DNA from: Candidatus Latescibacterota bacterium
Lineage (GTDB): Bacteria > Latescibacterota > UBA2968 > UBA8231
Direction of reading: 5' to 3'
DNA: 64,000 nucleotides
Assembly: GCA_965197905.1 (NCBI GenBank)
Contig: CBDAOB010000003.1
Location: 1-64,000, forward strand
Part shown: piece after piece, positions 55,723 to 64,000 of the stretch
Layout: each line of letters opens with the position of its first letter
Numbering within the stretch: position 1 is the stretch's first letter
Translations under genes and position numbers: made by a program
The notes under the pieces: generated by a model
Databases searched by the model: none
What the model was told of the DNA's origin: nothing
What the model saw: only the letters and a program-made list of their open reading frames with translations

Positions 55723-57999
55723 GTGGCCTGGGTAAAACACAGAGGCTCGTTCAGTTGGCTTATCCTTGGCCTGGCTTTTGTTCTACGCTGGCCGTTTGCT
55801 GAACCACAGTGGTTCCACGGGGACGAATGGGCCTTTACCGTTCATCCCCTAGGCTTCTGGAGTGGGGACCTTAACCCGCACTTCTTCAACTATCCCACGC
55901 TGCAGTTCTATCTAAATTCCGTTGTCTACTACCTCTATTTCCTCCTCTTCATCACGGAGACCCTCGAAGGTTTCGTAGCATACCGATACTTCGTTCAGGA
56001 TGCCGACTTGATCGCCATCGCCCGCGGCATTAGCACACTGACGGCGGTAGGCACCGTAGCTGCGACCATCTGCCTGGGCACCTCCCTCTACGGCCGCAGG
56101 GGCGGACTCATTGCCGGGTTGTTCCTGGCCGTAATGCCCCTGCACGTTCGGTTCTCCCACCTCGCTATTGTAGACATGCCGGCAGCGTTGTGGACCACTT
56201 TGGCGGTCCTGTTCGCCGTGCGTGTCGCCGAGAGGGGACACTCCACCGCCTACCTAATGGCCGGTGTCTGCACGGGATTGGCGGCCGCCACAAAGTATCC
56301 CGGGGGTCTGGTCGTCCTACCCGTGATAGTAGCCGCTTTGTTGGACAAGTGGACGCTCAAGAACGGAGACCTGTGGATCGCCATAGGCACAGCGTTGGCG
56401 TGCTTCAGCCTGGCAACCCCCTTCGTCTGGCTGGACTTTGGCAAGTTCTGGGCCGACTTCTCGAGCATGGCCCAGGTGCATCTTTTGGGACCCCAAGGCG
56501 AGACTGCGGCATCGTCCTGGTCCAACCTTCTGAGAATAAACCTGCGCTACGGATTGGGAATCGCCGGACTAGCGGCATTCGGACTTTCGCTAATATGGCG
56601 ACCCCGGACCTGGCGTCGCCCTGAGCTTGTTCTGCTGACCGCCACAGTCAGCTTTCTATGGCTCTTGGCCTTTTCGGAGTCGACCTTCATGCGTTACGCG
56701 CTACCCCTGGCGCCACTATTGGCAGTACAGGTTACGCGCCCTCTTCTCGCCACCCGCAGCAGAGCGGTCGTTCTCGCTGCATCGGTCGTATTGCTGGCTG
56801 AACCAGTGTATTCCTCTCTGCACACGCATGCATTACTCTCTGGCACGGACACCCGCACCCGCGCCGCCACCTGGCTGGCTGCGCAATCACCGGCGCCGCG
56901 TCGCATCTTCGCCATGCCGCCGTGCGGCGCAGATGTGCCTCTATGGGACACGAAGCATGTGGCCAAACGCCAGAGCCGATTCGCGTTCAGTTTTGGTCTC
57001 GAGCGTCTGCGCCGGACGTACCAGCTGCTCAGCCAGCGTGATGACCTGCCGGTCTTCTATTCTACAGTTGGCCTTGAATACCTTAAAGCTTTTTCGAATC
57101 AGTCAGCGGCAGCCGAATCAGACTCAGTGCTGGTGCTGTGGTATCGCCACCCACTATGTGATTCGGGCGCAGATTCTATTGCGGTGCGGCAGTTGTTGGG
57201 GCGAGTCAACTGGCAGGCTGAGTTTGCTCCAGGAGAAACCGCTGCGGCGGTCTTCGATCGGATGGACGCTTTCTTCCTTCCTATCGGTCGATGGAGTGGG
57301 GTGCAAGCAACAGGACCTGCCATCCACGCCGGAGTGCTGCCTTTGCTAACACCATCGAGAATGCCTGGTGGCAGAGAGTATTTCTCGGTCCTGAACCTCT
57401 ACTTCACGGGCTATCTGGCGTTACAAGAAAAAGATTGGCCGACCGTTCTCGATGCATACGAAGCAATTCTCGACACCCCTATCTATCTGAACGAGTTCCT
57501 ATCACTTTCACGGATCTACAAACTACTGGTGGGTCTCGGGGTTGCTCACTATAACCTGGAACACGTGGACGAAGCGATCGATCGCTGGAATCGGGCAACT
57601 TTCGTTTTTCCGGAACAGGCCGACGCGTACGTAAATCTAGGTAAAGCGTATCGCGAGCGGGGAGAAGCTGAACAAGCTATACTTCATCTGAAGCGCGCCA
57701 TCGAACGAGGGCCGCGCAATGATCAGTTATTCTTCCTGTTTCACAGCCTGGGTTTGAGTTTCATGGACCTGGGGCGATTCGAGGAGGCGGTACCGGTTCT
57801 CGAGAATGCGGTGGCTTTGAGATCTGACGCCGACGCCTACCTTCACTTCGGCATCGTGTGCATGCGCACTGGTCGAAAGGCGATGGCAATTGACGCCGTC
57901 AGCAGATCTCTCGAGTTGGCTCCGGATCGGCCCGCAGCACTGGAACTGCTACGCAGACTGCGGACGCGGTTGCCGCGTCCTGAGCATCCTGATCCATGA
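55723..57999 (+). CDS. GT39/PMT-like membrane glycosyltransferase with C-terminal TPRs
   Basis: HGDE, LNPHFFNYP, SHLAIVD, GLAAATKY and RYALPL, then TPRs (AYVNLGKAY, LFHSLGLSF, AYLHFGIV). Confidence 0.85.
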   Translation: MAWVKHRGSFSWLILGLAFVLRWPFAEPQWFHGDEWAFTVHPLGFWSGDLNPHFFNYPTLQFYLNSVVYYLYFLLFITETLEGFVAYRYFVQDADLIAIARGISTLTAVGTVAATICLGTSLYGRRGGLIAGLFLAVMPLHVRFSHLAIVDMPAALWTTLAVLFAVRVAERGHSTAYLMAGVCTGLAAATKYPGGLVVLPVIVAALLDKWTLKNGDLWIAIGTALACFSLATPFVWLDFGKFWADFSSMAQVHLLGPQGETAASSWSNLLRINLRYGLGIAGLAAFGLSLIWRPRTWRRPELVLLTATVSFLWLLAFSESTFMRYALPLAPLLAVQVTRPLLATRSRAVVLAASVVLLAEPVYSSLHTHALLSGTDTRTRAATWLAAQSPAPRRIFAMPPCGADVPLWDTKHVAKRQSRFAFSFGLERLRRTYQLLSQRDDLPVFYSTVGLEYLKAFSNQSAAAESDSVLVLWYRHPLCDSGADSIAVRQLLGRVNWQAEFAPGETAAAVFDRMDAFFLPIGRWSGVQATGPAIHAGVLPLLTPSRMPGGREYFSVLNLYFTGYLALQEKDWPTVLDAYEAILDTPIYLNEFLSLSRIYKLLVGLGVAHYNLEHVDEAIDRWNRATFVFPEQADAYVNLGKAYRERGEAEQAILHLKRAIERGPRNDQLFFLFHSLGLSFMDLGRFEEAVPVLENAVALRSDADAYLHFGIVCMRTGRKAMAIDAVSRSLELAPDRPAALELLRRLRTRLPRPEHPDP

Positions 58000-58727
58000 T
58001 TCGTTTCACACTCGCGCTAGTCTCATGTCTCAATCTTGGTCTTGAGGTTCTGAGCGCCGACGATCTCCCACGAACGGCAGTTGTAGAGTTGTTCACATCC
58101 GAAGGCTGCAGCAGCTGCCCGCCAGCAGACATTCTTCTGGGCGAGCTTTCCACACGCAAGTGGGAGTCGGGTGAGTTTATTGGTCTCGCATTTCACGTCG
58201 ACTACTGGGATCGACTGGGTTGGAACGATCGATTCAGCAACAAGGCTTATTCCCGGCGCCAGCGTAACTACGCCCTGTTTTTTGCCGAGAACAGTGTGTA
58301 CACGCCCCAAATGGTTGTGGAGGGGAAAGTTGGTTTTGTAGGGAGCGACCGCGGCAGGGCGATGAGGGAGATCGGATCGGCACTGGCGCATGCTGACGAC
58401 GTCGGGGTTTGCATCGCTGTCGATACGCTAACGGAAGCGACGGCAACGTTGAGCTACTCGATCGACGGGACGGTGGATGGGATGGATATCAACGTCGTCC
58501 TCGCACAAAGGGAAGCAATCACCGACGTGAAACAAGGCGAAAACGCGGGACGGTTACTCCGGCACACCCACGTGGTTCGAGCGTTTAGACGTCTTGCGGC
58601 TGAAACTACGGGACGAACCGAACTGGAAGTACCGCAGGATGTGTCGGCTAAGGATCTGGACGCCATCATCTATCTGCAGGACCGAACCAACATGGCCATA
58701 CTGGGGGCCACGCGAATACCGCTTTAG
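57996..58727 (+). CDS. DUF1223 thioredoxin-like exported protein
   Basis: VVELFTSEGCSSCPPAD, FHVDYWDRLGW, YTPQMVV and GENAGRLLRH. Confidence 0.9.
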   Translation: MIRFTLALVSCLNLGLEVLSADDLPRTAVVELFTSEGCSSCPPADILLGELSTRKWESGEFIGLAFHVDYWDRLGWNDRFSNKAYSRRQRNYALFFAENSVYTPQMVVEGKVGFVGSDRGRAMREIGSALAHADDVGVCIAVDTLTEATATLSYSIDGTVDGMDINVVLAQREAITDVKQGENAGRLLRHTHVVRAFRRLAAETTGRTELEVPQDVSAKDLDAIIYLQDRTNMAILGATRIPL

Positions 58728-59923
58728 ACCGCACCCCGGTCGAGACGAACGCACAGCCTCCAAATGCAAGCTGCACCGATCGATCCATTTACGGTGCCGA
58801 CGACGAACGGCAGTTGAGAGCCCAACTCGATGAGGAGGCCGCCAACCAGGCTGCCGGTGACCATTGCACCACACCAGACCATATGCCCCAGACCGACCAG
58901 CCGATTCTTCTCTTCGGCGCCGGAGATCTCATCAATGAGGGCGGGGACCAGGGTCGATACCGCCCAGGCGGCCGCGGTCAGGGCGGTACCGAAGACAAAG
59001 AGACCGCCGACTGACTCGGTGCTGAGCGCCAAACATGCCGAGGCAGCAACGATGCCAAGAGAGGAAACGAGCAGCGGCGCGGTGCGTCCGCAGCGATCGC
59101 GGATCACTCCGATGAGTAGCTGACAGGCTGCGGCTGCCGCCAGTGACACGGCGCCGTAATAAGCCGCGGTTGCCGCCGAGCCGCTGACGCGGAATACGAG
59201 CAGCGGTAATACCAGAGTAGCCATGCCCCAGAAGCTGGTGATGGCAAAGCGCATGCCCACGAGCAGATGAACGTTGCGACGTGTGAGCAGAGGGCGGTAT
59301 GAAACCCACAGTGCCAGACGTCGCCGCGGTGCGTTGGCGACCCTAGCCACTCGCGTTGGCGGCAGTAACACGGCGCCGGCGACCAACACGGCGGCCATGA
59401 TCATCAACATGGCGGTGCCCAACTCTGGAAAGCTCCAGGTCTCCTTGACGATACCAGTGCACAAACTGCCCAGGGAGTTGCCCGCGGTGCCGCTGAGAAA
59501 ATAGAGGGCGCCTCCCAGGCCTAAGCGGGATGGTCCTGCGGAAGCAATGAGATAGCCCTGTCCGGCGGTGCTCCAGGGGCCGGTGGCGGCGCCGATGACA
59601 AGGACCAAGGCGAAAAGCACCGCCACTTGGCTGGAGTGGAACACCAAGCCGGTAAGGACACCGCCCGCCAAGCCGAGAAGGGCCGTGGTCTTGAGCCCAA
59701 GAACGTCGGCTAGACGTCCGCCGACGATGGCGAGGACTCCGCTCAGCACCAGGGCAAGGGAACGCAAATAGGCGGTAAACAGGGGTTGGCGAGCGAGGTC
59801 GGACTCGACGTAGACCGGTAGTAACGATAGGTACGGCGCGGTGGCGAAGCCGCTGCAGAAACCTAGAAGGCAGAGGACGACGAAGGTCCGACTCCCCAGC
59901 CCAGCAGGAGTCGGAACGTTCAC
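58724..59923 (-). CDS. MFS transporter
   Basis: About 12 hydrophobic segments, with motif A GGRLADVLG and GVIRDRCGR. Confidence 0.88.
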   Translation of the reverse strand: MNVPTPAGLGSRTFVVLCLLGFCSGFATAPYLSLLPVYVESDLARQPLFTAYLRSLALVLSGVLAIVGGRLADVLGLKTTALLGLAGGVLTGLVFHSSQVAVLFALVLVIGAATGPWSTAGQGYLIASAGPSRLGLGGALYFLSGTAGNSLGSLCTGIVKETWSFPELGTAMLMIMAAVLVAGAVLLPPTRVARVANAPRRRLALWVSYRPLLTRRNVHLLVGMRFAITSFWGMATLVLPLLVFRVSGSAATAAYYGAVSLAAAAACQLLIGVIRDRCGRTAPLLVSSLGIVAASACLALSTESVGGLFVFGTALTAAAWAVSTLVPALIDEISGAEEKNRLVGLGHMVWCGAMVTGSLVGGLLIELGSQLPFVVGTVNGSIGAACIWRLCVRLDRGAV

Positions 59924-60028
59924 AGCGGCACCTCAGCCGGCAGCTTCAGCCGGGGCCAGACCAGCGAAAGAAATATTGACGATTTCGTGCTCGCCCGAAT
60001 CGAACGGATGATCGTGCCAGACACCATA

Positions 60029-61330
60029 CTACCGGCGCAGGGTCACGTAGGCGTCTACCGTAGAGGGTGCGCCATCTGCGGCAGATTTCGCCTGGACTTT
60101 GACAAAGTTCCACGGCTCCGTCACTACGGTTCGCGTCGCCTTGCCCGCATCGAGAACGGCGGCATCGGATCCGATGATCTGCCAGTCCCTGGTATCATGG
60201 GAACCAAGAATCCGCCAGCTCAATGCCGCCGCCGCATGCCGGTTGAACACTTGAATCATCATGTCCCGGTACCCCCTCGATTCCATGATACCGCTGTCGC
60301 TGAACTGATCGGTAGTCTCGTCATCCCTGAACAGATACCCGTCCTTCTCCATACGCGGAGGAATGCGGAACGGATCGATTTCGTAGATCATGTTCAGGCC
60401 CCAGTCGGTTACCAATAGGGTGCCCCTTGTAGTCGGCGATATGTAGGTCGGCAGCACGGCATAGGGGGTCGCTGGAGCGAGATGATCTCCGCTCCCGCCA
60501 CCCAGCTCCCAGACCAGCTCCTTGTCGCGATTGACGCAGAGAATCCTCGAACGCTCACTGCAGATGATGGTGAACCCACCGAACTTCTCGTGGATGCCGA
60601 AGCGCAAAGCGCAAGCCGCTCTGGGAACCATGTCGTAGAGATCGCCATGTCCCGGTCCCTTGCGGTCACCATACGACCACACCTTCTCACCGGTACTGGT
60701 GTCAATCTCCCAAACCCCGGTAGGGTTCCCTGAGACAAACGGGATCAACAGATCGCCGCCATATGACACCCCGTACTTCTTCGGCAGCAGCTTCTGCAGG
60801 TAGAACGGACGCCAGGCGGGATAATTCCAGACCACGGTCTTATCCTTAACCATAATCTTGATGATTTCCTCGCCGTCCGACACCATGATGTGGTCGTCGT
60901 CCCAGTAAATCGCCTCGAAAGGACGCTGACATTCAGTGTAACACCACATAACGCCGCCGCTGTCGCGATCGACGATCATCACCCGGTGCTCGCCGTCGAA
61001 TTCGGTGATGAGAAGGTGGCCCTCGTAGGGTCCGGAAGGCATGAAGTGAGCGGAAGTCGCCAGGTTGATACGCTCGCCGTCCCCCGGAACGCCCCGTTCG
61101 CCGAAGAGGGTCCGCAGCTTGCCGGTCTTGCGGTTGATCACCACAACGTCGGAGCCCCACTGTTCCGCCACGACGATTTCGTCCGGATCGAACGGATTCT
61201 CTTCGGCCATGTGGGGTCCGAACAACTGCCCATCCCCGCTACCCGGATTACCGGTTCCGAACGACCACAACGCATGCCGGCTGAATTCGCTGCTCACGCT
61301 AGCCTCCGTCTGTGAGTTCCCCGATCTCAA
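60029..61330 (-). CDS. Hypothetical beta-propeller protein (PQQ/NHL-like repeats) with a C-terminal beta-sandwich
   Basis: Repeated xxVWxY/G units (GGVMWCY, TVVWNY, EKVWSYG, ELVWELG), plus LLITE and LLVTD. Start codon uncertain. Confidence 0.6.
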   Translation of the reverse strand: MRSGNSQTEASVSSEFSRHALWSFGTGNPGSGDGQLFGPHMAEENPFDPDEIVVAEQWGSDVVVINRKTGKLRTLFGERGVPGDGERINLATSAHFMPSGPYEGHLLITEFDGEHRVMIVDRDSGGVMWCYTECQRPFEAIYWDDDHIMVSDGEEIIKIMVKDKTVVWNYPAWRPFYLQKLLPKKYGVSYGGDLLIPFVSGNPTGVWEIDTSTGEKVWSYGDRKGPGHGDLYDMVPRAACALRFGIHEKFGGFTIICSERSRILCVNRDKELVWELGGGSGDHLAPATPYAVLPTYISPTTRGTLLVTDWGLNMIYEIDPFRIPPRMEKDGYLFRDDETTDQFSDSGIMESRGYRDMMIQVFNRHAAAALSWRILGSHDTRDWQIIGSDAAVLDAGKATRTVVTEPWNFVKVQAKSAADGAPSTVDAYVTLRR

Positions 61331-61522
61331 CGATTGTGGTGCCTATACTACCTATTATCACACGCCAGTGCGATCCCATTTTCGTCCAATTAGGCGTTGC
61401 TATTCGATTCGCCACTTGGTACACTCACATCAAGAGCCTGAAGGGGGACTTGATGCGCGACAGCTTAATCCGGGCGTGGCAGGCAACGACGAAGTCATCC
61501 GCACCGATGTTCATGGAATCGC

Positions 61523-63439
61523 ATGCGAATTCTAGTAGCTGAAGACCGTGCAGGAATGCGCACCCTCGTCGCCGAGATGTTGAAAGCGCTGGGTCACGGA
61601 GATGCGGCGATCGTGGAGGATGGGGCATCGGCATGGGAGCACCTCGAGGCCGGCGACTTCGATCTCCTGCTCACCGACCGTCGCATGCCCAACATGGATG
61701 GCGTCGAGCTAGTGAAAAAGCTGCGGCAGTCTCCGAAACTCGAGCAACTACCGGTCATCATGATGAGCGCGTTCAACGAACCGCAGGAAGTGCGTGAGGC
61801 CATCGAAGCGGGCGTCGACATCTATCTGGTCAAACCGTTCTCGCCGACTCAATTGAGAGACAAGATATCAGAGCTCGATGGGCGCCGGGTCGAATGGGAT
61901 GTAGATCTGATTCTGCAGGGTACGGCCTCGACGGACGGGGCTTCCGGCAAGGAGCCGCTCGTGCTGTTTGCAGAAGAGGCGCGGACCCGAGAGCAGTTGC
62001 TCCAGCAGCGCTACACCGCTGTGCGACAGTTCCTGGGACAGGCCGTGAGCGCCATTCGCCAGATCAACTCCGCTGATTCCCAGATCGACATTGGCTACAT
62101 TATTGAGTCGGAAAGCGGGGTGATCACACGGCATCTGCGCAACCTGCGCGAACGAATCATGATGTTAGTCGTATCGCCGAGCCTAGGCGGGGGCATCACG
62201 CTTGTGCGTCTGGCAAGCATCAACGGGCAGGACGTAACGGTGATCCTCGTTTGTGACGACGTCGAAGCGCTACCGTCAGAGGTGCAGCTCGGACTCCAGG
62301 ATCTGGGTGTGTTTGTCGTTGAGCGGGACGAATTGCCGGCAGCGAGTTTCGAGCGATTGCTACGGGAGTTCGTTGTTGCCAGAGTGTACACACCGGACCG
62401 CGAGGAGCTGGCAGAAGGTGACGATCCACTGCAGAAGATCGAAATCGACATTCGGAACATGGTGAGCCTTCCGGTATTACCCGATCTGTTCCGCCGGATT
62501 CAAACCCTCGACAACGATCCGGAAAGCGACATCCGCCAGTGGGGAGAAGCGGTCGCCATGGATCCTTCCAGCAGCGCCATGATAATCAGGCGCGCCCACT
62601 CTCCGATATACGGCTTCAATGAAGAAGTGAACGATGTCAGTCGAGCCGTAACTCTACTGGGGAAGAAGACTGTCAAAGAGCTGGTGGCGTGCCGGGCGGT
62701 CAAGCAAGCTTTCACGCGCGTGCGCGAGAAAGGTTTCGACGTCGATGACTTCTGGAGTCATAGCCTCGCCGTTGCCACTGCGGGACGAATATTGAATCTG
62801 CCGTTGTCCAAGGCAAAGCGCTCACGCGAGCAGGAACGGGAGTTCAAGACGCTGAATCTCGACGGGGAAGTGATCAAAACACTACAAAGCTTGAAGCTAT
62901 ACGATCGTTTCGATCTGGCCAACGACGAACCGTTTGTCGCCGGCATGATGCACGATATCGGCAAGGTGGCGATGGCGGTGAGCTATCCGGGTATCTTTGA
63001 GCAGGTCGTGCAGGAAATGCGCTCCAGCAGCTGGAAGCTTCCGATGCTGGAAGCGGAAGTTCGGGTTAGCGGAGAGGTAGTGCACACCGAGGTCGGTAGG
63101 ATTCTGGCTAAGGCATGGGGTCTGGGGGATCTGCTTGAGCGCTCGGTGGGTCACCACCATCAATTCTCCGACGGTGACCCGATGTCAGCTCTAATAGGGA
63201 TCGCAGATTTCGTCGCCACCGCGGCCCATCCCTTTCCGAAGGAAGCTGCCAATCCCCTCGTCCAACTATCGAGCGGCGACGTCGACGAGAGTCAGTTGTC
63301 TGCCGCCACTGCGTTTCTTCCAGGGGGACTGGTCGATGCGCTCGGGACGGAGGTGGCCCAGCTGGTAAACTTGAGCAGGGTTCTCGTTCCCGTTTTGCGC
63401 CAATCGGTGCAAGAATTGCGTCAAAGCATGAGAGACTAG
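61523..63439 (+). CDS. Response regulator with N-terminal receiver and C-terminal HDOD domain
   Basis: MRILVAED, LLLTDRRMPNMDG and YLVKPF; then LPVLP, RAHSPIYG, FWSHSLAVA, AGMMHDIGK and HTEVGRILAKAWGL. Confidence 0.9.
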   Translation: MRILVAEDRAGMRTLVAEMLKALGHGDAAIVEDGASAWEHLEAGDFDLLLTDRRMPNMDGVELVKKLRQSPKLEQLPVIMMSAFNEPQEVREAIEAGVDIYLVKPFSPTQLRDKISELDGRRVEWDVDLILQGTASTDGASGKEPLVLFAEEARTREQLLQQRYTAVRQFLGQAVSAIRQINSADSQIDIGYIIESESGVITRHLRNLRERIMMLVVSPSLGGGITLVRLASINGQDVTVILVCDDVEALPSEVQLGLQDLGVFVVERDELPAASFERLLREFVVARVYTPDREELAEGDDPLQKIEIDIRNMVSLPVLPDLFRRIQTLDNDPESDIRQWGEAVAMDPSSSAMIIRRAHSPIYGFNEEVNDVSRAVTLLGKKTVKELVACRAVKQAFTRVREKGFDVDDFWSHSLAVATAGRILNLPLSKAKRSREQEREFKTLNLDGEVIKTLQSLKLYDRFDLANDEPFVAGMMHDIGKVAMAVSYPGIFEQVVQEMRSSSWKLPMLEAEVRVSGEVVHTEVGRILAKAWGLGDLLERSVGHHHQFSDGDPMSALIGIADFVATAAHPFPKEAANPLVQLSSGDVDESQLSAATAFLPGGLVDALGTEVAQLVNLSRVLVPVLRQSVQELRQSMRD

Positions 63440-63475
63440 TCTGCGCTCTAGCGGTCCACCGACCGAAGGTTGCCT

Positions 63476-64000
63476 CTAATCGTCCCAGCTAGCGATAAAA
63501 TCGTCCACGCCAAAGTTCGCCGGCATCTCGTAGAAGTGATACATCATCGCAGCGTTCTGAAACAGCGACTCGTACTGCTCCGTATCCGCCTTTAACACGT
63601 CATCGAGAGTTTCGAACCGATCCCACAGTTGATCCAACTCATCCGCGGTGAAGCGAGCGCCAAGCTCCTTGACTGTGTCGGTGAGTTGCCAATCGTGCCG
63701 AATCGTCCGAATCCGAATCCTTGTACTTGCGAATCGTGTGGGCGATCTTCGCTAGCACGATCAAGGACGTCATCCGTGCGTGATTACTCGGATGCAACGC
63801 CGCTAACGCCTGCACGAACCCCCCATGGTCTTTTTGTATAATGGCGTGGTAGGTCGCAACGATCTTGTCGTGTCTTCGCGCATGCAGTTTAGCGAACTGT
63901 TTGCATTGCTCGGCGCCCCGCGGCGAAAGATGCTCGACGAAATCAACGCCCATGGGATCCGCAAAGTAGTGGGTGAATCCTTTGTTACCGAATGCATCGT
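63476..64000 (-). CDS. Partial hypothetical protein (C-terminus), with a one-base frameshift at about 63700
   Basis: Frame open from the window edge (DAFGNKGFTHYFADPMG...KYKDSDSDD). It continues in a shifted frame as DWQLTDTVKELGARF...YEMPANFGVDDFIASWDD*. Confidence 0.6.

Noticed and set aside
1..64000. CRISPR arrays, tRNA/rRNA, IS elements, prophage
   Set aside because: No regularly spaced repeats, RNA-gene signatures, transposases or phage genes were seen by eye. Small RNAs could have been missed without a covariance search.

Overview
Bacterial chromosomal window, roughly 60% GC by eye. It is dominated by carbohydrate and small-molecule catabolic genes: four Gfo/Idh/MocA oxidoreductases, three SDRs, xylulokinase, two sialidase-like BNR proteins, several uncharacterised glycoside-hydrolase-like proteins, PhyH dioxygenases, hydantoinase/oxoprolinase B+A, an enolase/DHDPS-family pair, iolD, and a CoA-transferase/crotonase/MaoC/SDR/isomerase operon. 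It also carries rapA, an orphan RND permease, a GT39-TPR protein and a REC-HDOD regulator. This gene mix resembles Latescibacterota/Poribacteria-like heterotrophs, which is inference only. The only clear mobile element is a complete group II intron (3386-5526, minus strand) with an intact RT/maturase and no endonuclease domain. The most striking unannotated pattern is that many 'intergenic' gaps are gene remnants collapsed by deletion (PhyH x2, cupin, AKR, receiver domain, ANKH-like transporter, possible PfkB, iolE, CBS+TPR). Separately, four genes carry single-base frameshifts that may be sequencing errors. No rRNA, tRNA, CRISPR array or prophage was seen. All family assignments come from motif recognition, not database searches.
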